A stretch of 64,000 nt of DNA. Origin: an uncultured virus (IMG/VR IMGVR_UViG_3300036970_000191). Lineage: Duplodnaviria > Heunggongvirae > Uroviricota > Caudoviricetes. A program made the position numbers and the translations under genes. Below the pieces are notes generated by a model, which searched no databases, was not told the DNA's origin, and saw only the letters and a program-made list of their open reading frames with translations. The first letter of the stretch is position 1. Each line of letters starts with the position of its first letter. The stretch lies in the IMG/VR virus record IMGVR_UViG_3300036970_000191; one strand, 5' to 3'. This document shows positions 17,885-27,762 of this stretch, piece after piece.

Positions 17885-18176
17885 CCACGGTGAGTTTTAT
17901 CACGATGGTTATTGTCCGCCCATCGCACTCGTGGATGATCTAGAACACCCTTGGTTTGTACTGGCCACCACCTACCTGTGCTGTTTGTTCAGAGGTGAAG
18001 CCAGTAACCCTGTGCTTCTGGACATCGCCGATGATCGCCGTTCACTGGTAAAGGGTAAACTCGATGCAATCTATCGCAGAAATCTGGACGTGACTGCCCT
18101 TCAAATCGACGTTCACCCTCAAGCCGTTTTCTTCACCCCCCTTCTTGACGCCATTGTGCTGGAGTACCCACTATGA
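17718..18176 (+). CDS. Hypothetical protein (start uncertain)
   Basis: Stop overlaps the next ATG. Confidence 0.5.
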   Translation: MMNPINGYSPTSCTTTALGSNGPRPSFTLTNRRSARLVLGDRLLLMDLADLNRIFNHGEFYHDGYCPPIALVDDLEHPWFVLATTYLCCLFRGEASNPVLLDIADDRRSLVKGKLDAIYRRNLDVTALQIDVHPQAVFFTPLLDAIVLEYPL

Positions 18177-18580
18177 ACATTCAAACCGCTGCCGAGTACA
18201 TCGGCAAAACCATTGATTTCTCGCTGTATGGTTACATCACCTCAGGAAGGGCCTTTACAGGCGCTAAGGTGGTTGGACTGGTTGATGGCCAGTCCGCTTC
18301 ATCAATCGAGGATGTACAAAAGCTCCACACGCTGATTTACCCAAGCCTGCCCGTGGGCACCACAAACAACGCCTTCTCGTATTATTACCTGAAGGTTAAG
18401 TTGCCTTCAGGAACCGAGAATGTCATTGGCTTGCCTTGGATCGTAGAAGACAGCGTTTCATTTAGGCAACAACAAACCCTGACGCTTGTGGTCAGCGACG
18501 CAAATGATCTACTGCGTGATCGGCTAAGAAGCTTTCTGTTGTCCAATAACGTGACCAAGTTCAACCTGGAACTCAAATAA
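18173..18580 (+). CDS. phiKZ gp49-like conserved protein
   Basis: H..IYPSLP.GT, Y.YLKVK and VIGLPWI motifs; immediately upstream of the DNA polymerase gene. Confidence 0.7.
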   Translation: MNIQTAAEYIGKTIDFSLYGYITSGRAFTGAKVVGLVDGQSASSIEDVQKLHTLIYPSLPVGTTNNAFSYYYLKVKLPSGTENVIGLPWIVEDSVSFRQQQTLTLVVSDANDLLRDRLRSFLLSNNVTKFNLELK

Positions 18581-18681
18581 CCTATTATATGACACAATGC
18601 TCAACCGTGTCCCACCTCAAAGGAGCAAGCCCTCTCTAGGCTCTTTTGAGTTTTCCAGGTGTTCCTGCCTTTGAAACACCG

Positions 18682-18729
18682 CACTGACTCGTACGGCGAA
18701 AGCCGTACGAGTCAGTGTCTTTTTTTTTT
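18682..18729 (+). terminator. Intrinsic terminator
   Basis: 16-bp stem, GAAA loop, T10 tract. Confidence 0.85.
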
Positions 18730-18790
18730 GTCCTTTTTAACCGCTGATGGACATGTTTTGTAAACACGTCATTGCATGAAGGACAACGAC

Positions 18791-20968
18791 ATGAGTGTTG
18801 CTGGATTTTTCTCATTGCCACAAGGCGAGTACAAACGCAAGATTGACCCGGTCCAGGCGTACGTCGAACAAAGTGCTTTTTACATCGCCAAGAAGACAGG
18901 CGTCCCCATCGAGGAAGCAATCGAATATATAAAAAGCGAAATCGCTTCAGGTCGAATCGACCTGTACAAGGTCAAGGCCCCCAGACTTGCCCGAGACAAA
19001 AATGGTGATCGTCGTAAAGACATGACCACCATGTACCACTTTATCCAGGACGTGGTTCAGGACAATTTGCTAATCACACCCAGCATGACCTGCTATCTGC
19101 GTCCAGATCAGAAACCTTCTTTGCTTGCCGCCTACATCAAGCAAAACGTCATGAAGCGATCTGCTGCCAAGAAGCTCATGTTCAAATATGAGATGGCGCA
19201 GAACTATGAAGAAGCCTCGATTGCTGACAATGCTCAGAACTCCTTTAAGATCAAGAACAATGCGCTCTCAGGAACGCAGGCCGTAAAGTCCACTGTACTT
19301 TACAACCGCTCCGCCCACTCAAGTCTGACCAGCGTTTGTCGAAGCATCACTTCAGTCTCAAACGCCAACAATGAGAAGTTTCTGCGAGGCAATCGCCATT
19401 ACTGGTCCCCAGAGATCACGCTGTATAACCTCATTGCCCTGGCCAATGATGCCAAGCATCATCGCCTGCAAGAAGCCATCGATCGGTATAACCTGCACGT
19501 TCCCACGGTCAATGACGTGGTAGAATGCGTCACCTATTCCAGCCAGAACTACTGGTCAAACTGGAATGAAACCAAGCGTCTTAAAGAGTTTATCCAAACC
19601 CTTTCCGACACAGAACGGGCATTCATTGTCTACGGCGGAGATTTCTACCACCTCGCCAAACACAATGAAGATTTTGTCCGTACGCTTTTGTCCAGGATGG
19701 TTCATCTAGAGCAGATCGAACACCCTGATCCAGCATCGGTGTACAAGAAGGTCAATGAAGACGTGATCGTGATGGGTGCATTGCTTGCAGGCGACATGAC
19801 CCGTGGTGTTCAGATTGCCTCCATCATCAAGCCTGATCAAAACGGTGTTTATAAGCACCCAACGCTCAATGCCTTACTGGCAGGCAACTGCGATCAACTG
19901 CACTCAATCCTGATGGAATACGAGACATTGTTCACCGCTTTTTATCGACCCAACCTGCTACCAGCCACAGCCGGTGATGTTCCCGACATGTACCGAAAAG
20001 CAGTCCCGGTCTCTGACACTGACTCGTCAATCTTCACCACCATGTGGTGGGGTAAATTCATGACGGGCGAATACAGTTGCGATGAGGTTTCGACAAAGAC
20101 CTGTTACGTGATCACTTACTTCATCACGCAAACGGTGGTCCATTTGCTTGCCATGCTCTCTAAGAACTTTGGCATTGGCGATGACCTTATCCATGACTTC
20201 ACCATGAAGAACGAGTACGCATTCCCAGTGTTCCTACTGTCTTCATTGGCCAAGCATTACCTCGCCATGATTACGGCCAAAGAAGGTAACCTTCTGCCCA
20301 AGGTCAAGTTTGAACGAAAGGGCGTTAACCTTCGAAATTCAGCCGCTTCAGTAGACATCGTCAACAAGCTACATCAAATGGCAGATGACATCATGGTCAA
20401 GATTTATCAGGGCGAGAAACTCGACCTACAGGCTTTGCTTCATGAAATCGCCATGCTTGAAAAACAGATTTACGACGATGTTCGTTCAGGTTCCCCAACC
20501 TTCCTACGGAGCATCCAGGTCAAAGACGAAGAGTCGTATAGCCTAAAGGACAACGCCCCAGCCGTCAAGCAGCATCAGCTCTGGGAAAACGTCTTTGCCT
20601 ACAAGTATGGTTCAGCACCGGAGTTGCCTTATAAATCTGTAACGATCACATTGAAGTCTGACTCACCGACCAAGCTAACCAAGTGGATCGATTCCATCGA
20701 AGACAAGGTGCTTGCAGACAAACTCAGAAACTACACCATGCGTCATTTCCCCAATGGTCTACCAACGATTCGTTTACCCATTGCCGTGGTTTCTGAAACA
20801 GGCATTCCGGTTGAACTGTTGGATCAATCCAAATTCAGGGAAGTGGTCAAGGCCATCGTTACGCCTTTCTACATTGTACTCGCTTCGCTTGGCTTACCTT
20901 TGCTTGGAGACAAAGGAAGGTACCTTCTTTCTGACGATCAGATCAATGGTTTTGAAGGGGTGGTCTAA
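18791..20968 (+). CDS. Family-B DNA polymerase, palm/fingers/thumb half (phiKZ gp50-like)
   Basis: Motif B QNSFKIKNNALSG, motif C VSDTDS, and KGVNL; synteny. Confidence 0.85.
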   Translation: MSVAGFFSLPQGEYKRKIDPVQAYVEQSAFYIAKKTGVPIEEAIEYIKSEIASGRIDLYKVKAPRLARDKNGDRRKDMTTMYHFIQDVVQDNLLITPSMTCYLRPDQKPSLLAAYIKQNVMKRSAAKKLMFKYEMAQNYEEASIADNAQNSFKIKNNALSGTQAVKSTVLYNRSAHSSLTSVCRSITSVSNANNEKFLRGNRHYWSPEITLYNLIALANDAKHHRLQEAIDRYNLHVPTVNDVVECVTYSSQNYWSNWNETKRLKEFIQTLSDTERAFIVYGGDFYHLAKHNEDFVRTLLSRMVHLEQIEHPDPASVYKKVNEDVIVMGALLAGDMTRGVQIASIIKPDQNGVYKHPTLNALLAGNCDQLHSILMEYETLFTAFYRPNLLPATAGDVPDMYRKAVPVSDTDSSIFTTMWWGKFMTGEYSCDEVSTKTCYVITYFITQTVVHLLAMLSKNFGIGDDLIHDFTMKNEYAFPVFLLSSLAKHYLAMITAKEGNLLPKVKFERKGVNLRNSAASVDIVNKLHQMADDIMVKIYQGEKLDLQALLHEIAMLEKQIYDDVRSGSPTFLRSIQVKDEESYSLKDNAPAVKQHQLWENVFAYKYGSAPELPYKSVTITLKSDSPTKLTKWIDSIEDKVLADKLRNYTMRHFPNGLPTIRLPIAVVSETGIPVELLDQSKFREVVKAIVTPFYIVLASLGLPLLGDKGRYLLSDDQINGFEGVV

Positions 20969-20982
20969 AGGTAATAGACAAG

Positions 20983-21019
20983 CTACTGTGGATGGGGCAT
21001 AAAGCCCCATCCACAGTAG
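20983..21019 (+). terminator. Hairpin after the DNA polymerase gene
   Basis: CTACTGTGGATGGGGC/GCCCCATCCACAGTAG 16-bp stem. Confidence 0.7.
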
Positions 21020-21039
21020 ACTCCTTTAAAGTTTCAATC

Positions 21040-21070
21040 CATTTTTTACAGTTATATACTACTAAAATGA
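21040..21070 (+). promoter_or_regulatory. Putative phage RNAP (early-type) promoter
   Basis: TTTTTTACAGTTATATACTACT, identical to the copy at about 48653-48674; resembles the phiKZ early motif TATATTAC. Confidence 0.65.
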
Positions 21071-21249
21071 ACCCACTGTTGAATGTTCTGGGTTAGTGAA
21101 CATTCTGCCGATGGTCGGTGAAAATAACCCGTTGTGAATCAACGTAAAAATCTTCCGCGCATTGAAGGCTCGGCGTTAGAGAACCTTTTCCATCGGCGAC
21201 GATGCAAACATCGAGAAGGGGCGCAATGCGCCCCCCTTATTTTTTTTTT
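21070..21249 (+). ncRNA. Candidate small structured RNA (about 180 nt)
   Basis: Lies between the promoter motif and terminator 21218-21249; several stems; only very short ORFs. Confidence 0.5.
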
Positions 21250-21251
21250 AT

Positions 21252-22343
21252 TCAACGGGTTTGATTAAACAAGCGAGTGGCGATTCTTTTTACCTCAGGC
21301 TCAAGCGAAGGGGTCCAGGGGTAACTAAGGTTCATATCGGCCAGAATGTTCCGACTCAGGTTCTTCCATTCAAGCAGAATGTCTGAGGATTTTGGCAAGG
21401 TTGCATCGGGGCAATGACCAAACAAAGAATCAATCACATTCATTCGACTGATGTAGTTGATCCACCGGGTCTGAGGAACCCGCGCACGAATCGGCAATCG
21501 CAATGCCTCAAGCGCAGTGTTTTCCATCACGGGTACAGAGCCGAGAATGGAACTAAAGTCATAGGCCGTTCTGGACAGCTCATGAACCAACTGCGCATAA
21601 ACCTTGTCAATCTCCGTGTGAACGTCGTGGACAAAATAGGGCAGCTTGGTTGTGGTAAAGGCCAGGTTGTCTTTCTCTCCCCGATAATGCGTCAGGAACC
21701 GATTGGTCAGTGCCACCTGTACATGGCTGTCGAGCATTTTAGACAGCACCCTTGAGAACACGAAATTGTGAATCGAAGGCTTGGTCCCCATGTCCTTGAT
21801 CGAGTCAAACCAGACATGATATTGCGTATACAGCAAAGCAATGTCAATACCAATGACGCAATAAGGCAACTCGCTGCAACCATAGCCAATGTTACCATCA
21901 AGCGGCTTATAGTCGATGCAGTTGTAGGGGTGCTTAAATACCTTCACCGCAGGAACTTTAAACAACTCTTCTTTAAAGCGACCCAGGGGAATGTCAGCCC
22001 GATAGTCAAAGTAGATCTCCTTGACGTTGTCGGAGTAGAAGTTACCCTGACCTGCCTTTGCCCGTTGATTGCCGTCAGACAAGATACCAAACATCTGATC
22101 AACGCTTCCAACCAAATCAACCCCGTTGAAATAAATGTCGGTCGGAATATTAGATGAAGGAGAAGCCATCGCCATGATCAACTTAACCAGCAGATGTTCG
22201 TTTCTTAGATACCATTCTGGTTTGGATTGATATTCGACAGCTTTACTCAGATTGTCAACCAGCAAGCGCTCAACTTGTTTGGCATTTGGATTACGCTGCG
22301 TGATCAGGTTTGCTGGCGCAGCTTTGGTGAACAAATCAAACAT
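21252..22343 (-). CDS. phiKZ gp52-like conserved protein
   Basis: Divergent from chimallin; MFDLF start and HLLVKLI; synteny. Confidence 0.7.
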   Translation of the reverse strand: MFDLFTKAAPANLITQRNPNAKQVERLLVDNLSKAVEYQSKPEWYLRNEHLLVKLIMAMASPSSNIPTDIYFNGVDLVGSVDQMFGILSDGNQRAKAGQGNFYSDNVKEIYFDYRADIPLGRFKEELFKVPAVKVFKHPYNCIDYKPLDGNIGYGCSELPYCVIGIDIALLYTQYHVWFDSIKDMGTKPSIHNFVFSRVLSKMLDSHVQVALTNRFLTHYRGEKDNLAFTTTKLPYFVHDVHTEIDKVYAQLVHELSRTAYDFSSILGSVPVMENTALEALRLPIRARVPQTRWINYISRMNVIDSLFGHCPDATLPKSSDILLEWKNLSRNILADMNLSYPWTPSLEPEVKRIATRLFNQTR

Positions 22344-22539
22344 GGATTAAGCATCCCAGTAAAAAATAATCTCACAGGATATGATATGTGATGAAAGAGC
22401 TGGCGTTTACGCCGGTTCCCACACCCACCGGATACCCTTTACCCTGTGTTTTCTTGAATCCAAAGATTTTAAGGACACACACTATCAAAGTGACCAGAAA
22501 CCATTTGGTCTCTTTTTAACCAGCACTCGGAGAGAAAAG

Positions 22540-24414
22540 ATGCTGAAACCCAAGCAACCCCAAAACCAAGCTCAGGCCCAAGCGCAAACTCAGGCCCAGC
22601 AACCTCAGCAACAGGCCAATGTAGGGCGGGGCTTCGCTCGTCAGGGGACCTACATGGCTTCGGCTGGCGGCAATGCCATCCTGCAAGCACTTGCAACGCA
22701 TGTGCGAAACATGATCGGTACTGATCCGAACAACCCGCCCATCGACGTCGCAGTTATCGACGCAGAGCAGAACCAACTGCACTGCGGCGCTTTGGTGCTG
22801 AGCGAACTGCGTACCACGGCAAACGAGAAAGTCGCTGTTGTGTACACGGTTATGGTTGAGCCGACTGTACGGACCAGCCAAGCAATGACTCAAGAAGTCG
22901 TCTACAACGGCAAGCCTTACAACATGCCGTTGGTACTGACCGATGCGTTTAATCACACCTACTGGGATCGCGTCCAGACTCACATGGCGGCCCGTCATCA
23001 ACTGGCATCCACTGCTGACGTGGTTTCTGCTGGCATTGGCTTCATCACCAAGGAGATGTACGAAGCCTGGAACCGCAACCCTGACCAAGACCAAACCGTC
23101 AACAATGTATTCTTCGCAGCAGCCGAAGGCATTGGTTCGATCGGAGACGCCGTCAGCGGCGTGCAAAAACGCGCCAACACCGCACTGATCGAAGTGGCCA
23201 ACGGCGGTCAGACTCGCCTGCAACGCGAGTTCGGTAACCGTTCGGTGATTGGCACCACCGGCCTGCCGACCATCAGCGACGTTTCGCTGTCGATCGACAT
23301 CATCCCGCCAAAACAGCAAGGTCGTGCGAACATCGACGTGATGAACAATGGCGGCAGCCAACTGGTCACCACCCGTGGCTATCTGGAAACCGTTGTGGTT
23401 GCGCAGGACAACCGTAACACATTCTTCCGGACTCGTCGCAACACCCGCGACGTTGAGCCGCCCTGCATGGCAAACTTTGTCATCAGCGACATCGTAAACC
23501 CCACCGGCCAGATCACCATCGAAACCGTGGCCATGGGTCTGTTTGCTGCGCTGGGCATCACCGTCAATTACGCCTGGGCTGAGATGCTGCTGCCCAAATA
23601 CGGCGCAGAGAACACCCGCGACATCGGCATGCTGATGGTTGAATTCGGCGAACTCTTCGACGAGCCCAACGAACCAATCGATACTCAGTCGACCAAGTTC
23701 GATGAGCGTGTGGGCCGCGAATACATCGACATGATGTACCGTCCTGAAGTGGTCATTTCGATCGACTTCCCGGAAGCAGGCGGTATTTCCTGGGTGGGCG
23801 ACATCTTCCGTGAGGCTGCCGAATCCCCTGATCCGGCTGTTCGTCAGCGCTATCGCAGCATGCTGGCACGCACCATCAGCGACTTCACTGGCGGTCACTT
23901 CGATCCCAACTATCAAGGAGACTTCACCATCGATGCGGACCGCCGCATCCTGATCGGTTACGACACCGATTCCCATGGCAATCCGGTAGACCCTCGTTCC
24001 AAGAACGACTACCTGGCTCTGCTGACCCTGATGGGCAACAGCGATCTGCAACTGGTTCGCGATTGGGACCTGCACACTCGCCCAACCTCGACCACCGGCA
24101 TTCCGCCAGAAGTTCGCCTGACCGTTACCGACACCATTTCCAAGCGTGTCTTTAGCTCCAGTGCCCGGTACGTCACTGGCGTTCGTCGCCACCTGATTGA
24201 CCCGAACTTCCTGCAGTTGTTCGCCGTTGCTTGCAACAACGCTGGTCTGACCCCGACCCCGTCCAACCAGACCAACAGCTACGCCAGCATCAACCGGGCT
24301 GCAGGCGACCTGTACATCAACAACGGCATTGGCGCTTCGACCAACTTTGGTTCGGGCCGTTCGCCGTTTGGCGGCGCTGGTTTCTCGGGCCGCAACTTCA
24401 CGGGTCGCTTCTGA
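22540..24414 (+). CDS. chmA: Chimallin, phage nuclear shell protein (phiKZ gp54-like)
   Basis: About 624 aa; sits between the gp52-like gene and nvRNAP beta'-N; strongly biased codons; disordered N-terminus and G/F-rich C-tail; ACNNAGL near the C-terminus. Assigned by size, synteny and recalled features. Confidence 0.8.
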   Translation: MLKPKQPQNQAQAQAQTQAQQPQQQANVGRGFARQGTYMASAGGNAILQALATHVRNMIGTDPNNPPIDVAVIDAEQNQLHCGALVLSELRTTANEKVAVVYTVMVEPTVRTSQAMTQEVVYNGKPYNMPLVLTDAFNHTYWDRVQTHMAARHQLASTADVVSAGIGFITKEMYEAWNRNPDQDQTVNNVFFAAAEGIGSIGDAVSGVQKRANTALIEVANGGQTRLQREFGNRSVIGTTGLPTISDVSLSIDIIPPKQQGRANIDVMNNGGSQLVTTRGYLETVVVAQDNRNTFFRTRRNTRDVEPPCMANFVISDIVNPTGQITIETVAMGLFAALGITVNYAWAEMLLPKYGAENTRDIGMLMVEFGELFDEPNEPIDTQSTKFDERVGREYIDMMYRPEVVISIDFPEAGGISWVGDIFREAAESPDPAVRQRYRSMLARTISDFTGGHFDPNYQGDFTIDADRRILIGYDTDSHGNPVDPRSKNDYLALLTLMGNSDLQLVRDWDLHTRPTSTTGIPPEVRLTVTDTISKRVFSSSARYVTGVRRHLIDPNFLQLFAVACNNAGLTPTPSNQTNSYASINRAAGDLYINNGIGASTNFGSGRSPFGGAGFSGRNFTGRF

Positions 24415-24424
24415 TCGCTTAATG

Positions 24425-24457
24425 AAAATAGAGGAACTTCGGTTCCTCTATTTTTTT
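24425..24457 (+). terminator. Intrinsic terminator
   Basis: AAAATAGAGGAAC-TTCG-GTTCCTCTATTTT followed by a T tract. Confidence 0.85.
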
Positions 24458-24482
24458 CACCTGTGTCACAAAAGGAGGTATC

Positions 24483-26325
24483 GTGCATCAGGTCATCATT
24501 GATTTAGACGAAAGTTTCAAGAAGCTTTCTACAGCGCCCTTGATCGCCAATGATTTCAACCTGTGGACAGATGAAGGAAAGAAATCTTTCCTGTCCATGT
24601 TGGTCACGCAATACGAAGGTGACTTCTCCTCGCCGGTACCACGTTGCCGCTGTGGTAACCTCACCTCGGGTCGAAACTATGGCATGTACTGCGACAAGTG
24701 CCACACCAAGTGCGTGGACGAAGTCGAACGGGATGTAGAAGCCACCATGTGGGTCAGACCACCCATGGGCGTTCATCGTTTCATTCACCCTGCCATCTGG
24801 AAGATTTTGCAAACGTTCTTGTCGGTTCGCTCAACCAGCATGTTGCACTACATGACGGATCGGTACTATCGCGTACCCGAGACAACCGCATGGCTTGAGA
24901 AATACAAAGCTTCTGGCCTGCCCAGAGGACTCAATGCCTTTTACGAAAACTTCGATGCGATGATGGACTTTGCCATCAAGAACGCGCCGCTTCGTCGCCT
25001 GGTACAGCGTGAAGAGTTGCGTAGTTTCCTGCATCGGTACAGAAACCAGGTGTTTTGTCAACACCTCCCCATCCCAAACCCAGTTGCGTTCATCCTGGAG
25101 AAGAATGACCACGGGAACTTTGGTGATGAGAAAATGTCCGTGGCCATCAACGCGGTCTTCGACGTGGTCTTGGCCGATGGTAGACGTGATGGCGAATTGG
25201 TATCCCGCCCCTACTCCGTGGGCAGAAAGGAAGCCGCTGCTGTCTCTGCCATGGATGAACTCACCGAATACTACACGTACTTTGTGTCGAAGATCGGTGG
25301 TGAAAAGGAAGGAATCTGGCGACAGCACATCTTTGGAACAATGTTGCATTGGACAGCAAGGGCCGTTATTACGTCGATCTCGAAAGCACATGACTATCGG
25401 GAATGTCACCTGCCCTGGTCATTGTCCGTGCAGTTGTTTAAAGCGCACCTGTTGTCCAAGTTGTTAAGAGGAGGACAAAAACACGATGCGATGTCCTATA
25501 ACGCCGCCTATCGGCGTTTAAACTGGGCAGTCAACAACTACGATCCATTGATCGACGAACTGATGAAGGAGCTGATTGTCGAGTGTCCTTACATGGGTAT
25601 CCCAATCATCCTACAGCGAAACCCTTCCCTTGCACGGGGGTCGGCTCAATTGCTGTACGTGACCCAGGTTATTCCTGAACCCCATTGTAATGCCATTCGC
25701 ATGTCTGTGCTTGACCTTAAAGCACCAAACGCTGACTTAACGTAACAACGTCAAGGTCCTTTGGGTAGAAATGCCTACCGAAGAACATCCTTAATTGCTG
25801 GGAACCAACGTACGACATGTCACCACAACGCGGCTTGAAAAAGCGAACGTGAAGGTTTAAAAAGTACATGTCCAGTTGCAATCATGCAGCCGATTCCGCT
25901 CACCGAGTGATCCTTGGTAACGGAAGGGTTCAACGACTATGGGGGTCGCGCCCCTTAGGGAGAATATCCCGAAACAGGATGCACCTGACCAACACCTCAA
26001 GAGGGTGGTTGAAGGTGATGATATAGTCTAAGGCAGTTTAGTACACCCGTCCTTGTAACATCGGCATTGTAGCTGAAGTTATGCAAGGAAGGAGATGAAC
26101 TGTACGGTTGACGGCGATGAATTGAACGTCTATCTGATCGTGGATCGATTCATGCACGATCTGCTCGAACGCCTTGCGCCCATGTACAGCGCAATGGACC
26201 TCAACACCCCTCGTCAGTATTCCGAATCACTCGCTATTCCGGCACCATTGGTTTCCTCTATCGGTGCCTGGCTTCGTGAAGAGGAATTACTCTATGAACA
26301 CTTACTGAAGGAGACAGGAGAATGA
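24483..26325 (+). CDS. Non-virion RNA polymerase beta' N-terminal subunit (gp55-like), join(24483..25737,26108..26325), 490 aa
   Basis: Zn ribbon CRCG...CDKC; G..RQHIFG, ARAVI and QRNPSL motifs; splicing restores the catalytic NADFDGD. Confidence 0.92.
25738..26107 (+). mobile_element. Group I self-splicing intron, no homing endonuclease
   Basis: Exon ends in U and intron ends in G. P: AATTGCTGGGAA at 25793. Q: AATCATGCAGC at 25880. R: GTTCAACGACTA at 25928. S: ATGATATAGTCT at 26018. P1 GACU/GGUC; P10 CGTCAA (25749-54) pairs with 3'-exon TTGACG; P3 CATCC/GGATG. Confidence 0.93.
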
Positions 26326-26358
26326 ACGCATGTACAGCCAGTCTGGGTTGTTTGACCC

Positions 26359-26979
26359 ATGGCTAACATCATCGCTGGCGACCATCTGACCTTCGATGCC
26401 TTATGCGGTTTTACATCACCCAGTGAAAGTTGCTATGAATTCATGAACGCCAGCACGGAACGATTTCGTTCCAGGGTTCAATCAGCAGCCACAGGTTTCT
26501 TCGAAAAGACACGCGATCTTTACAGACGCGTTGACCGAGATGAACTGGCCCGTCGGGCCAAAGCCGCACTAAGGCAAGTCAATCAATTCTTCAGGCCCAA
26601 CGAAATCTCGACCCTGGAGACCATCGAAGAACTGCAACACGCGCCTGATGTCATGTTGCCCTACCTGATGGCCCAGCCATTGCTGCGCAGAATGTATCTC
26701 TCTCAGCGATGCGATGGGTATTCTGACCGGTATGAAAACTACCATGGCAATGCGGTTCATCACAATCACGCAGACTATCAAGCCGTCATGTCCGGTATCT
26801 GGCACGAAGATCCGACCGAAGGCTATGTCTGTCACATCTACGAGAATGCCATCGTGGATGAGAACTTCACCCTCTCCCTACGAGACACCAACCATGTACG
26901 GTTGTCGTGGGAGCATCTGGTCCACATGATCGAACTGGGTACGGACGATCCGACCAGCAAATACAACGCAAAACTCTAG
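26359..26979 (+). CDS. phiKZ gp59-like conserved protein (Imp3 position)
   Basis: ELQHAP..M.PYLMA.P, CDGYSD.Y and C-terminal DPTS; synteny. Confidence 0.65.
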   Translation: MANIIAGDHLTFDALCGFTSPSESCYEFMNASTERFRSRVQSAATGFFEKTRDLYRRVDRDELARRAKAALRQVNQFFRPNEISTLETIEELQHAPDVMLPYLMAQPLLRRMYLSQRCDGYSDRYENYHGNAVHHNHADYQAVMSGIWHEDPTEGYVCHIYENAIVDENFTLSLRDTNHVRLSWEHLVHMIELGTDDPTSKYNAKL

Positions 26980-27049
26980 CAGAACACTGTCACTCCCAAT
27001 CGGGGGTGACAGTTTATTTTTTGTGTCTTTTTATAAAAGGTGAAATCAC

Positions 27050-27466
27050 ATGGCTTATCCAGCCGTACCAACGCTACAGTCCAGGGGAACCGTTAAGGAC
27101 CCCAAGGCTGCGATGCTGACCCTGTTTAAATACTGGATTGCCTCAGACCCCAAGCAATCCAACATGTTCAATGTAGAGTCGCTGGGCTCTATTATCCGAA
27201 GATCAGGCAAAGATTCAGGTTCCTTGGTCCAGTTCTGCCGCACCTCGTTAGAAAATCTCTACGGTCCTTATTTTGATGAAGTAAGCGTCGTGGTTGAGGT
27301 CAAGGACCTAAAAGAGGCACCTGATAGCCTGACCCGTTACGATGTTCAATTCAGTGTTTCTGCCCTTCGAGGAACGCAGCGTTATGACCTACAAGAGGTG
27401 ATTACCGATGCGTTTAACCAATCGGACACACTGATCAACAAATTGCTAAAAGGAGCAATCACATGA
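27050..27466 (+). CDS. Conserved phiKZ-like core protein
   Basis: VPTL...G.V.DP, SD..QSN and L..LY..YF motifs; AAGGTG RBS. Confidence 0.65.
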   Translation: MAYPAVPTLQSRGTVKDPKAAMLTLFKYWIASDPKQSNMFNVESLGSIIRRSGKDSGSLVQFCRTSLENLYGPYFDEVSVVVEVKDLKEAPDSLTRYDVQFSVSALRGTQRYDLQEVITDAFNQSDTLINKLLKGAIT

Positions 27467-27762
27467 ATGTGATCGACGTTAAACGCGTGAGCTGGGACCT
27501 TTCGGTGGGTCCAATCAAAGTGGACATGATCAGCATCCCTGTCTTTGATGGTCAATTGCCGGGCCATGAATACCAAGATGTCATTACCCTAAATCAACAG
27601 AAGAAAGGGTCTGCTTCTGCGTATCGGGTAAACTACAAAAGCGAGGTGGTTTCTGAACAATCCTACGATGGATTGGTTAAAGCCATCATCAATCGCTTTA
27701 AGCATCCGCAACTCTACAGACATTACATTGTCTGCATCAACCCCTGGGGAGACGCGCCATGA
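27463..27762 (+). CDS. Hypothetical protein
   Basis: AAGGAG RBS; ATGA overlaps at both ends. Confidence 0.65.
   Translation: MNVIDVKRVSWDLSVGPIKVDMISIPVFDGQLPGHEYQDVITLNQQKKGSASAYRVNYKSEVVSEQSYDGLVKAIINRFKHPQLYRHYIVCINPWGDAP

Noticed and set aside
22381..22539. N-terminal extension of chimallin given in the ORF track
   Set aside because: Spans the divergent promoter gap; ATG 22540 has a GGAGA RBS and the codon bias starts there.
22516..24192. 558-aa antisense ORF over chimallin
   Set aside because: Shadow frame caused by the strong codon bias of a highly expressed gene.
26095..26325. Independent 76-aa gene
   Set aside because: It is exon 2 of the RNAP subunit (DGDELN). An AAGGAG before ATG 26095 means separate translation cannot be fully excluded.
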